NCBI RefSeq assembly: GCF_001194135.2
Contig: NC_068981.1
Span: 14,988,592 to 15,052,591 of the forward strand
Length of the DNA: 64,000 nucleotides
Direction: 5' to 3'
Origin: Octopus bimaculoides
Taxonomy: Eukaryota
Part shown: piece after piece, positions 1 through 12,124 of the stretch
Layout: each line of letters starts with the position of its first letter
How positions within the stretch are numbered: position 1 is the first letter of the stretch
Program-made: the position numbers and the translations under genes
The notes under the pieces: generated by a model
Database searches by the model: none
The model's input: only the letters and a program-made list of their open reading frames with translations
Told to the model about the DNA's origin: nothing

Positions 1-38
<38 letters not shown>

Positions 39-212
39 GTACATGTTTGTATCATTGTTTGTCTCCCAACATCGCTTGACAACCGATGGTGGTGTGCTTA
101 CGTCCCCGTAACCTAGCGGTTCGGCATAAATGACTGATAGAATAAGTACTAATCTTACAAAGATTAAGTCCTGGGGTCGATTTGCTCGACTAAAGGCGAT
201 GCTCCAGCATTT
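1..212 (+). mobile_element. SINE family A, 3' half (internal (GT)n plus conserved tail)
   Basis: (GT)n is followed by atcgcttgacaaccgatg...cctggggtcgatttgctcgactaaaggcgatgctccagcat, which matches 43360-43490 of the full-length copy. Confidence 0.85.
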
Positions 213-299
213 GAAGTAAATGATGAACACTTGTCCCCTACAGATAGCTGTAGTTCGCTCCAGCTCGAAACATAGAGAGAAATAAGTGACAATCAATCA

Positions 300-500
300 C
301 TGATATTTCAAGAAGCTAATGTTGTATCGCTCACGACGGCGCTGGAGAGAATAGAGATTCAATGCTTTAAGGCGGTCCCAATAATCGAGTTCAGTCATGC
401 TCTTAATTATTTTAGTGAATGTCCTCTGGGTTGATTCAATTTTCGAAATGTCTTGCTATAAAATATATAGCATAGAAAATGTTTGTTTGGGGGAATTTAT
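300..500 (-). mobile_element. CR1/L2-like LINE 3' ORF2 fragment
   Basis: Minus strand reads LDYWDRLKALNLYSLQRRRERY. The DNA is homologous to 48870-49010 of the larger LINE copy (LDFWDCLKALKLYSLRHRRERY). Confidence 0.8.
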
Positions 501-1329
501 TTTGTGTTTCAGGACCTCCAGCAATAATAAAATATAAATGTGTTGAAATAGGAAGAAGCTTCTTCTATGTGCAACTGAATAGTGTTTTTGAAACTGAATT
601 TATTTGTGGATACAACAATTGATATGGCTTCAATCTTACCGTTTATTCGATTGACGTTCCTTGCTATATTTCTCTCCACAGTAAGATAATATTAATGTCA
701 TAATATCAAACGTAAGGAGACTGGAAGTATAATTCTATATATCATGCGAGAAAACGATGCAGAGATCTAACGTATGGCGAGTTAATCATTAAGATCAAGG
801 TAGGTAGCTAGGACATTCATTGAATTGATTTCAGTATTGCTTCTGAATCACGTTTATAAAAGCATAAATCGTCGCAATGGTCAAATATGAAAAGAAACGT
901 AATATATGAGTCTTGTGTTTCGCTTATAATGGAACGGAAGTACCTTACTTATTGGAACTAGAAAGAATCTGTCAAGGTACAGAATGTGTTAAGTGAACCT
1001 TTATATGTTTGTACAAGGAACAGAACAAATAGAAAGCAACCTGACTACAAAGCATGGTTTATGATATACGTACTGAAAATAAACTGAATAGATTTTGAGA
1101 GGAATGCTGCACCTTATTACAAAATCTGCTTTGAACTAGAGCCCACAATAGAACCAAAAGGGTAAATATTATAGAATGCAACAGCTAAAGGATAATCGAT
1201 AGAAGGGTCATAGAACTATGATATACGGAAACATTAGTCATTGAGGTGATACAATTCCATAAGGTGTTGTTGACGAAGGTTCACAACTGTATTTCTTCTT
1301 TGCATTCTTTTTCCGTCTTTTACACAAAA

Positions 1330-1388
1330 TCGTACACACGCACAAACAGGCGTAAGTACACGCGTGAACACACACATGTATATACATT

Positions 1389-1421
<33 letters not shown>

Positions 1422-1611
1422 NNNNNNNNNNNNNNNNNNNNNNNNNNNNNNNNNNNNNNNNNNNNNNNNNNNNNNNNNNNNNNNNNNNNNNNNNNNNNNN
1501 NNNNNNNNNNNNNNNNNNNNNNNNNNNNNNNNNNNNNNNNNNNNNNNNNNNNNNNNNNNNNNNNNNNNNNNNNNNNNNNNNNNNNNNNNNNNNNNNNNNN
1601 NNNNNNNNNNN

Positions 1612-1648
<37 letters not shown>

Positions 1649-2180
1649 ATGTATGTATGTATGTATGTATGCATATATAAACAAGCATACGTATGTATAT
1701 ATGTTTATGTATACGTGTATGTGTGTGGGTGAGAGTGAGTTTGTGTGTGCGCACTTGTGTGCGTACGCGTGCGTTTTTACGAGCACAAATGCGTGTGTAT
1801 ATTATGTACACTGGCATGTTTGTTTGAGATTTTCCGAGATCTCTTTTGAACATATCAACAAACGCAGAGTTATTTATGACAACACTGACTGGGGACACTA
1901 TATTTTATCTATGACACGATACGGAAATGCCCTTCAAGATTAAGTTTCATGCAGGGTGATATGGAAAATCTCTGTTAGATTAAATAAACTGCTGGCATCC
2001 AATCATATATCACTCTTTAACGGTGTGACCGAATGTAAGCACAAATATACGCACATGCACAAACAAAAACACAAATAAACACACATACACACATGTATGT
2101 AACCCGAGTACATACAATTTGTCACACACACACATACGCTATATCTGTGTGTATGTGTGTGTATATCAATAGATAGATAT

Positions 2181-2226
<46 letters not shown>

Positions 2227-2312
2227 TGATATACACCACCTAAATAAATACAAATGCATATATGTATACATGTATGTATGTGTGTATTTACGTAAGTATG
2301 CATGTAAGTATG

Positions 2313-2379
<67 letters not shown>

Positions 2380-2382
2380 ATA
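1330..2382. repeat. Compound microsatellites (TA)n, (TATG)n, (GATA)n, (CA)n around assembly gaps
   Basis: Direct inspection. The same pattern recurs at almost every N-gap in the window. Confidence 0.95.
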
Positions 2383-3142
2383 NNNNNNNNNNNNNNNNNN
2401 NNNNNNNNNNNNNNNNNNNNNNNNNNNNNNNNNNNNNNNNNNNNNNNNNNNNNNNNNNNNNNNNNNNNNNNNNNNNNNNNNNNNNNNNNNNNNNNNNNNN
2501 NNNNNNNNNNNNNNNNNNNNNNNNNNNNNNNNNNNNNNNNNNNNNNNNNNNNNNNNNNNNNNNNNNNNNNNNNNNNNNNNNNNNNNNNNNNNNNNNNNNN
2601 NNNNNNNNNNNNNNNNNNNNNNNNNNNNNNNNNNNNNNNNNNNNNNNNNNNNNNNNNNNNNNNNNNNNNNNNNNNNNNNNNNNNNNNNNNNNNNNNNNNN
2701 NNNNNNNNNNNNNNNNNNNNNNNNNNNNNNNNNNNNNNNNNNNNNNNNNNNNNNNNNNNNNNNNNNNNNNNNNNNNNNNNNNNNNNNNNNNNNNNNNNNN
2801 NNNNNNNNNNNNNNNNNNNNNNNNNNNNNNNNNNNNNNNNNNNNNNNNNNNNNNNNNNNNNNNNNNNNNNNNNNNNNNNNNNNNNNNNNNNNNNNNNNNN
2901 NNNNNNNNNNNNNNNNNNNNNNNNNNNNNNNNNNNNNNNNNNNNNNNNNNNNNNNNNNNNNNNNNNNNNNNNNNNNNNNNNNNNNNNNNNNNNNNNNNNN
3001 NNNNNNNNNNNNNNNNNNNNNNNNNNNNNNNNNNNNNNNNNNNNNNNNNNNNNNNNNNNNNNNNNNNNNNNNNNNNNNNNNNNNNNNNNNNNNNNNNNNN
3101 NNNNNNNNNNNNNNNNNNNNNNNNNNNNNNNNNNNNNNNNNN

Positions 3143-4100
3143 ATATTTATATAAAGGGCATTATTATAGTAAAATAATAACGCCATACAGTGGACTTCTC
3201 AAAATAACCACATTTAGTACGTATGCGAGGAAAAAACAACCAACAGATGACCAACTTTCTTTTAAAATAGACTTAATTGCGTATCGACCGATTTTGCGAT
3301 TACTAGAATGAATCTAGATTTCGTTAATCAGCACAATATTGTCCCAAAAATATATAAATAAACAGAATTCTCACCTCACCAAAACCGAACAACTACGTAT
3401 CGGACAGATTACAGGGAATGAAGTTTATCCGTATATATCTTCATCAAAGAAGCGGGAAATACTTCCGGGTTGTTTTTTGGGGTACCCATGTGGAGACAGG
3501 GATAAAAAATTCAACATTGAATGTATTCCGTGTATATATTTGCTAAATAAATTCAAAAAAGGATAAAACTCTTTTACAAGAATTTTATCAAGAACCCAGT
3601 GTGTAAAAAAATTCATTAGGGAAATTTCTATTCCCAAGAATATAATTACCCCAAAAAACAACCCGGAAGTATTTCCCGCTTTTTTGATGAAGATATATAC
3701 AGATAAACTTCATTCCCTTCACTCTGTCGGATACGTAGGGTGTTCGGTTTTGGTGAGGTGAGAATTCTGATTACTTATATATTTTTTTGGGACAATATTG
3801 TGCTGATGAACGAAGTCTAGATTCATTCTAGTAATCGCGAAATCGGTCCATACGCAAGTAGGTCTATTTTAAAAGAAAATTGGTCATCTTCTGTTGGTTG
3901 TTTTTTCCTCGCATAGGTACTAAATGTGGTTATTTTTAGAAGTCTGCTGTGTGGCGTTATTATTTTTCTATAATAATGCCCTTTATATAAATATAAACGA
4001 ATAATTATGTTCTTGGGAATAGAAATTTCCTTAATGAATTTTTTTACACACTGGATTCTTGATAAAATTCTTGTAAAAGAGTTTTATCCTTTTTTGAATT

Positions 4101-4112
<12 letters not shown>
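3143..4112. mobile_element. Penelope-like pseudo-LTR with nested inverted repeats (A..B-A'-B')
   Basis: 3143-3484 is the reverse complement of 3647-3994, and ~3548-3648 is the reverse complement of ~4002-4102. Segment B plus the start of A is homologous to 12125-12270, which lies just 3' of a GIY-YIG ORF remnant. The block ends in (TA)n. Confidence 0.65.
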
Positions 4113-4134
<22 letters not shown>

Positions 4135-4550
4135 AAAATGACATTTTGTCATTTCAAGGTTTTATACATTGCACAAATTTGTTGAGAATAAGTCGTTACC
4201 AGGCTTCTCGAGACCCATGATGTTAAAGATTGCTCTTTCTCGAAAAGAACAAAAGATCATTGAAAAGATGCATGGAAAATGATCGATCAATATTAAAGAT
4301 GGAAGAGAAAATAACGAAAAATCACGTGAATGCCTGGAAGGGTGAAAATAAGGATCTTGAATAAGCGAGTGTTCGAAATGGGGGACGGAATGGCTATCGT
4401 GATGTCTAAGGAGGAGTGGACATACAAAATACGCTTGATATCAGAATAGATAACTGATTTGGAACTGCCTGAAGGCTTTATAACTTGTGTACAATTAATG
4501 GTTTCTCACCAAGTTCACTTGTGCATTAATGTTTTATTGAAAAGCCTTAC

Positions 4551-4730
4551 AGCGAGAACTACTTCTAAATATATTAGATTCATTATATTTTTCTCCTACA
4601 AAAGGCATATAATAACAAATGCATTGTATGTTCACATCGTATGAATATTCTGTCACCCTGTGCAAAATTTCTAAAGGTTCTGCAACAGATTTATTGCCAA
4701 GGCAGCTTAAATTATTCAAATGAATATATA
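4551..4730 (-). CDS. Candidate internal coding exon (180 nt, phase 1-1) of an unidentified gene
   Basis: Acceptor tatttgtaattttgttgttatttcatttAG, donor GTAAGG. Open frame YIHLNNLSCLGNKSVAEPLEILHRVTEYSYDVNIQCICYYMPFVGEKYNESNIFRSSSR. No TE motif recognised. Confidence 0.45.
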
Positions 4731-7700
4731 CTAAATGAAATAACAACAAAATTACAAATAGCATGTATTTGACCGTCGTAATATCTTTTACTGTTTAAGT
4801 CTAAATGTCTTAGATAATGAGCCAGAAACAATATGTACACAACTCTCCTCTTATCTCCAGAAAGCAAGCCTGCCCTTTTCCTTATTTGCATGACAGCCTT
4901 GGAGAGTCTTGAATCTCGAAATTAATTCCAGTTCTCAAGTGGAACTGGTCTTAATTGCTATTTGGTAATCATGATACACTTATTATTAGCGTCGGAGGTA
5001 ATTCTAAGCTGAAGGAGATAAGGAAAGGCTACACGAAGGTGTGCAACAAACGGACAAAAAGCAAAATTATCTTTATAGTAAGGTTAAATTTTAGAATTAC
5101 TTTTACTTAAAAGTTTAGAAGATATAATGACTCTCGCATATAAAAATTTACAATCTGATTATCGAAATGTCATATTTATTGTCAAACGACTTTGTAAATG
5201 GAAAAAAAAAATCGGTGTGCTTCTTTCATCTAAAGCTAGTCGTATCATTTTACTTTGTGCTGTCTTGAACATTATCATTACCTTCCTCATCTGAAGGATG
5301 AAGAAAAGTAAGGAAGGAAGCAACTTTTTCATCGCTGAATCTTCCATTTGCGACTTGATTTCTTCCATAAACAACGGCCGCATATGCTTTGGGGTATTTG
5401 ACGAAATAAACGCTTGGGCATCACTTATGGCTGTATCCATGTAAAAATTTGAACATCGATTGTTGAAGCCCACTGATCTCTAATAAGACATCAATTGATA
5501 ATGCCCGCCATTTAAAAGTAAATGAATAAATAATTTAAGTTGTATGGTATTTGATATACCGGTTTTTGTCTCCTTGGCATGTATAAAATCTTGACTCAAT
5601 GAGAACGCATTAAACATTATCTAGGTGCAACTGCCTCACGCCAGGAAGAAATAGAGATGCTGCTCTTCTTGGTATTCTTTTAATATTATTAATAAAGAAT
5701 TAGACTTTAGGTTCTCACACTGAAATTTCTTGGAAACAATTCAAATATTAGAAGTTTTGCTCTTTTAGAATCTGTTTTTACGTTAGTATTGTTTTACTCT
5801 GAAAGCAGTTGGATTATTCTACCAAAGGCATATTTTAATATCATTTTTATTTTTCGGAAAGTAAGCTCGAAACGCAAAATACTTTTCGATTTTAATGCTA
5901 TTTTTTGCACGTTATACTACGGTCTAGTGTTCTTCCACATAAATCAGTCTAAGAATATGTGTGTTCTTGAGAGCTAAAATAATATACAACACTAAAGGCA
6001 TATTTCAATAGGTAATCATTAATCAATCCTATACATTTGGATTAGAACAAAGCAAAGAAGATATATCTTCTTGTCGGAGAACATTGAAGGAACCTGGAAA
6101 AGTTGACAGAGCAGTGATGGATATGACTATCGAAAAAGAAACAAATGACAAATATAAACTCAAATATTCTCTATTTTAGAATGATTGATGCATTCTCCAA
6201 TACCTTCCTTATGCATTAATATATCCGATGTTATGGATTAACATAGTACTTGTTGTCAGATATGTAGGAATATATCTTTATAACATACGTGGTTATTACA
6301 AACAAGTATTAGATATATATTTTCTTCTTATATGTTTAATACTATTTTATAGACGATTCAGTTGCAACAGTTCAAAGCTACACAGGATTCACACATGCAG
6401 AGTATGAACCATGTGTTATTGTTTTATATTGATATTATTTTATATCCTATTTCTGAACAATAGATACTTTCTATCAGCTTTCAAGTGATCCATCACTGTT
6501 TCAAAGAAGTTCTATTTTTCAAAGGATAAACGTCATGGAATGAATTCTCTGTGACATTCAGACCAATAACTCTTGCGTCTCTATGCTCGACTTTGCACGT
6601 TATCCTAAAATCAGCTAAATATATACAAGTAATACGTGGGGTTACAAGTTTAATTTGCATTAACGATGTCCTGGATTAGATCCTACGCACCCAGCTTCAG
6701 AAGGCGTATTCTCTCATAGGCTCGGATCTATCAGAGTACATAAAATATCCCTAATTGCATTTTCAAAAACCTGCCTTCTAATAGAATGAAAGGCATTGAC
6801 GTCTCGGTGAGTGATTCTAATGGTATGCATGTCTTTGAAATAGTGAACGAGGGGCATTTAATAATAATAGAATGAGTAATAGATTCTCTTAGTCAAACAA
6901 ATAGATAGCTCTTCCGTCAATTCTAAAGTGAAATCAATTCACTACTGTTACCTGGTGCAACTAGCTAACCATACACGCATGCATACATATATATATATAT
7001 ATATATANNNNNNNNNNNNNNNNNNNNNNNNNNNNNNNNNNNNNNNNNNNNNNNNNNNNNNNNNNNNNNNNNNNNNNNNNNNNNNNNNNNNNNNNNNNNN
7101 NNNNNNNNNNNNNNNNNNNNNNNNNNNNNNNNNNNNNNNNNNNNNNNNNNNNNNNNNNNNNNNNNNNNNNNNNNNNNNNNNNNNNNNNNNNNNNNNNNNN
7201 NNNNNNNNNNNNNNNNNNNNNNNNNNNNNNNNNNNNNNNNNNNNNNNNNNNNNNNNNNNNNNNNNNNNNNNNNNNNNNNNNNNNNNNNNNNNNNNNNNNN
7301 NNNNNNNNNNNNNNNNNNNNNNNNNNNNNNNNNNNNNNNNNNNNNNNNNNNNNNNNNNNNNNNNNNNNNNNNNNNNNNNNNNNNNNNNNNNNNNNNNNNN
7401 NNNNNNNNNNNNNNNNNNNNNNNNNNNNNNNNNNNNNNNNNNNNNNNNNNNNNNNNNNNNNNNNNNNNNNNNNNNNNNNNNNNNNNNNNNNNNNNNNNNN
7501 NNNNNNNNNNNNNNNNNNNNNNNNNNNNNNNNNNNNNNNNNNNNNNNNNNNNNNNNNNNNNNNNNNNNNNNNNNNNNNNNNNNNNNNNNNNNNNNNNNNN
7601 NNNNNNNNNNNNNNNNNNNNNNNNNNNNNNNNNNNNNNNNNNNNNNNNNNNNNNNNNNNNNNNNNNNNNNNNNNNNNNNNNNNNNNNNNNNNNNNNNNNN

Positions 7701-7816
7701 NNNNNNNNNNNNNNNNNNNNNNNNNNNNNNNNNNNNNNNNNNNNNNNNNNNNNNNNNNNNNNNNNNNNNNNNNNNNNNNNNNNNNNNNNNNNNNNNNNNN
7801 NNNNNNNNNNNNNNNN

Positions 7817-9050
7817 CGTACAGTTCTTCACAATTAGGGCATTTGATGCAGTAGATTAGATTTCTACTTTTGCAGTTCATATTCGCATTGGTGAATATTT
7901 TCCTTGTTTTTGTGTTCATATATGGGCCAGTATGAATTGATCGGCATGTACCGCATCGGCTATCATTGCATTTGGATACAGAGAATGTTTGATTTCTTTT
8001 TGCTGAGGTCAAAACTTGCCTTTGTTAATAGCTTTTTCAAGTTTTTAGGTTGTCTCTTACTGAGAGTTATATTTTGATCTGTAATGATATTTCTCAATTC
8101 CTTACTTTGTGCAAGGATCGGTAAATTCGCTTTGGCGATATTAAAGATGTTCTGGTGGCATGGATTTTGTGTCACTATAAATGGAATGATCTTTTCCTGT
8201 TTGTCTCTTCTTTGCGGTGTCCTCAGTTGTTGTATGGGTATTTTCGAAACCCGCTGAATACCATTTTCTATGAGTCGTGACGGGTACTTTTGCTTTAGCA
8301 GAAATTCTTTCAGTTCCATCAGGCGCTGATTTCTGGTCACTATATCCTCTACAATAGTACATATTCTCCTGGCTAGGCAATATGGGATGTTGCGTTTTGT
8401 ATGGGGTGGATGGCACGATTTAAGTTCAAGTATTGGTGTGTGTCTGTGTGTTTGTAATATATATCTGTGGTAATGGCGGTGTTCTTTTTAACTACCATAT
8501 ATCTAGAAATGGTAATTTTCTACTGCTCATCTCCTTTGTAAATTGGATGGATGGGTGTAGGTTGTTCAGGAGGGTGTTGAATTCTTCCACAGTGCTTTGA
8601 AGTTTGGTCCAGATTATAAAGCAATCGTCCAGGTATCCCTTCCATGCTTTTTCTATAAACTTCCTAAATTCGGTGTTGTATCTCTCTTCTATTTCCTGGT
8701 AGAATTTTTGTTCCAAGTAACCCATCACCGAATTCGCATAAATGGGAGCAAACCTCGTTCCCATAGCCGTGCCTTTAATTTGGATATAGTTATTTCCATT
8801 GAAGAAGAAAGTATTATTTTCCAGGATAAGTCTCACTGATTCTAGTATAAATGTCACCGTGAATCTGTTGGGAATTGCTCCCCTGTCTTTGTCTACCCAG
8901 TATTCCACCGCCTTTATTCCTAAATCATGTGGGATATTTGTGTATAGGCTTACTACATCAAAGCTCAGTAGGATTGAATTTGTTTCAGTGGTTTTGGGAA
9001 GATGGGATAAAAAGTCTGTCATACCGGCCATGATGAAATACCACAAGGTA
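7817..9050 (-). mobile_element. Penelope-like retroelement ORF (RT + thumb + Cys linker + GIY-YIG start), frameshifted and truncated by gaps
   Basis: RT motifs LLSFDVVSLYTNIP, GTAMGTRFAPIYAN, YLDDCF and KLPFLDI; thumb TDIYYKHTDTHQYL..SCHP; linker CNDSRCGTC; endonuclease start CKSRNLIYCIKCPNCEELY. Confidence 0.95.
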
Positions 9051-10342
9051 TAGAAAATATATATTCGCCTTTATATATTTANNNNNNNNNNNNNNNNNNN
9101 NNNNNNNNNNNNNNNNNNNNNNNNNNNNNNNNNNNNNNNNNNNNNNNNNNNNNNNNNNNNNNNNNNNNNNNNNNNNNNNNNNNNNNNNNNNNNNNNNNNN
9201 NNNNNNNNNNNNNNNNNNNNNNNNNNNNNNNNNNNNNNNNNNNNNNNNNNNNNNNNNNNNNNNNNNNNNNNNNNNNNNNNNNNNNNNNNNNNNNNNNNNN
9301 NNNNNNNNNNNNNNNNNNNNNNNNNNNNNNNNNNNNNNNNNNNNNNNNNNNNNNNNNNNNNNNNNNNNNNNNNNNNNNNNNNNNNNNNNNNNNNNNNNNN
9401 NNNNNNNNNNNNNNNNNNNNNNNNNNNNNNNNNNNNNNNNNNNNNNNNNNNNNNNNNNNNNNNNNNNNNNNNNNNNNNNNNNNNNNNNNNNNNNNNNNNN
9501 NNNNNNNNNATATATATATATATAATATTGTTATATACATATATGCCTGCGTGTATATGTACGTGTGTATATATGTATACACGTTTATGTATCTATAGAC
9601 ACATGCACAAATATATGTATATGCGTATATACCAGCGTCTCTCATTCACATCTCTAACTAATTGTGAAACATTGCTGTGTATTGTATAAGAAACTCTACG
9701 TACGTGAGTAGTATTTACTAACGGAAGTTTACTCTTTGTGTTCAAATGTGTCTGGGTTTAACTCTGTTTTGTTTCCTCGTGGAGTGATAAATTTAAAACC
9801 AGAGAAAAGTAGTCATCAATAGAATTGAATTGTTTACGTATATTCATATAAGAAGTCCATAGTAATTATCGGAATGCAAAATCGTGGTTAAACGTGTAGA
9901 TATGCATTGCCTTTCTGTTTAAAATGTATTCTATGTTGAGTTCCACTCTTGCCAAGGTTAATTTTGTGTTTCCCGGTTATGTGTTAATGTGCCTTTAGCA
10001 TCCATATTCTAGATTATAATAAATTTCTGTGTGCATTACTCACAAATTTATATTATTCTATAAGATAATCTTTATATACTTTTCGCTAATTTTGCAGTTA
10101 TAGAATAATATCTGCTACTGTACAATGGGCTTTATTGCGTATTTATTTAGTTATGTTTTCGCTACAGCTTCCTAAACCCTTTAAATATGTACGATAGTTT
10201 TTCTGCAATAAATTATATTCTGATGTTTATTGCTTTCTTCACGACAAGGATTAAATGCAAATTGTTACGGGAGGCCCTGGCATATAGACCATGCATTTCA
10301 TAAGGACATAACTTTATTGATTGCAATATGTGTTCTACTTAC

Positions 10343-10438
10343 ATTTGAAATGAAAGCCAGTATTCGCTTGCAAAACGTAATATACGTTTTTGAATATGGC
10401 ACTTTCGGGAAAATGATTCGTCAGAATTTTTTGATGCA
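10343..10438 (-). CDS. Candidate coding exon (96 nt)
   Basis: Perfect GTAAGT donor and a ttttgattAG acceptor. Two frames are open (HQKILTNHFPESAIFKNVYYVLQANTGFHFK in phase 1-1). Confidence 0.25.
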
Positions 10439-11108
10439 CTAATCAAAATGCTTCGTGCCCATTATATAATATTGTTCTGAAATTTCATTCTTTGCACTTC
10501 GAATACACTTGTTAATAATGTGGGATTAATGGCTAATATTAATTAAATTAATATTTTAACCGGAATCAATTTTCAAGGAAAATGTACTTCCATAAATGGT
10601 GTACCATAGAGATCTTTTTAAGATTTTAAATTCGACTTGATATGTCCTTATACTAGATTGCCATAAGATCATACTCCGCCTAGTTCGAGAATAATTTACT
10701 CAAATAGTGTCATTCTAGGTACATTAAACACTTTAAGTTTCCTATAAATTGAGTATACATCTATTTTAACCAAAAATCAATAAGCCTTTAATCGTGTTCG
10801 ATATTTCATCGTACAACTAGTGCCCCAACTTTACAGAAATGATTTGTTTGATATATTGTAATACTAAGCTCAAATTCTACAATGGTCTATATTATCTCTA
10901 ACATATTTTCCTTTATAAAATAATCACTAGTAACGTAAAGTTATCGATTGCATTGACTGTTATGGTACTTCGATTTGGCACAGTGCCTAGACAGAAGTCA
11001 GCTTTAGTCCTTAAGATGATATGTTCCAAATAGGCTTTAGAGAAATTGTACATTCATGTCTAAATAATATTTATAAAAAGCAAAGCAATAGATTTCACAG
11101 TTGCACTC

Positions 11109-11150
<42 letters not shown>

Positions 11151-11893
11151 CCATTCAATGATAAATAATTGCATTTAAATACAAAGAAATATCCAAATCA
11201 TTTGAAAAAATTACAATATAAATCATTAATTAACAATCGCTTTTTTTATATCTCACTGCAGTATTGATTAGAGAGCAAGTAATGGCAAAATAAATAGAAC
11301 TACACCAATCTTCTGACATTTATACGTCAATGAAATGACCAATAAATTTCAGACTAGAATAAAATTACAAGAAGTAAAACATTATGCAAGACAAAATTGC
11401 TTTAATCGTAACAAAGCAGGAAATAACTCACATCAATATAAAGAAGGAAAACGTATACAAAAAAATAGATAAGCAAATGGTCGACTTATACATAGAATAC
11501 ATACAGCATCACACGTATCTATCCGCAAATATTTATTAGTGTTTAATTCATTCTATTACAATAATTAACGCCATTAAATTGTTTTAAATCAAATTAAATT
11601 GAAAGTGCTATGTAATTACTTTAGATTAACTTGCCATTTTAGTTTTATTGACAACATAACAATAACTATGGGTAACATTATCATGTAACTATGTCCTACA
11701 CATTTGTGATGAAGCTTTTCAATTTGTCGCCTTCCTTACTCTATTATCACAGACTAGGACCAAGTTAAATACCAAGGCCACGCTACCTTGGTGAACAAAA
11801 CAGTAAAGCTAGCACTGCAACATAATTCAAATTTTATCACAGAAGCAGTGTTTATTTATAAATCTGCACCTACTCCTTCACACACGAACACAA

Positions 11894-12042
11894 TCACATA
11901 AGTGCAGGAGCGGTCCCAGGAATGTTTCGAAGGGTGGGCACAATGTCAGAAGGGAATACAATTACAGGAGAAAAACTGCATAATAGCATCATTTATAAGG
12001 TCCCACTTCTTTTCTCAGCCCCCACCTTTTGGGTCCGCCCTG
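11894..12042. mobile_element. Possible small MITE
   Basis: GC-rich imperfect terminal inverted repeats caggagcggtccc ... gggtccgccctg in an AT-rich background. No target-site duplication (TSD) seen. Confidence 0.3.
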
Positions 12043-12124
12043 ACGTGCACATATGTATTTCTGACGGTTATACAGTATTCAGAAACGAAGGGGTCTCAGT
12101 ATTATAGGTGTAAATAAATGAGGC

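Noticed and set aside
7817-8340. Possible selenocysteine (UGA) recoding, as in some Naiad PLEs
   Set aside because: All visible conserved Cys positions are TGY codons, with no in-frame TGA at Cys sites. The 37.7 kb TGA is not at a Cys position.
11255-11355. Strong minus-strand acceptor with a GTGAGA donor
   Set aside because: All three frames contain stops. It could only be a non-coding exon, and nothing else supports it.
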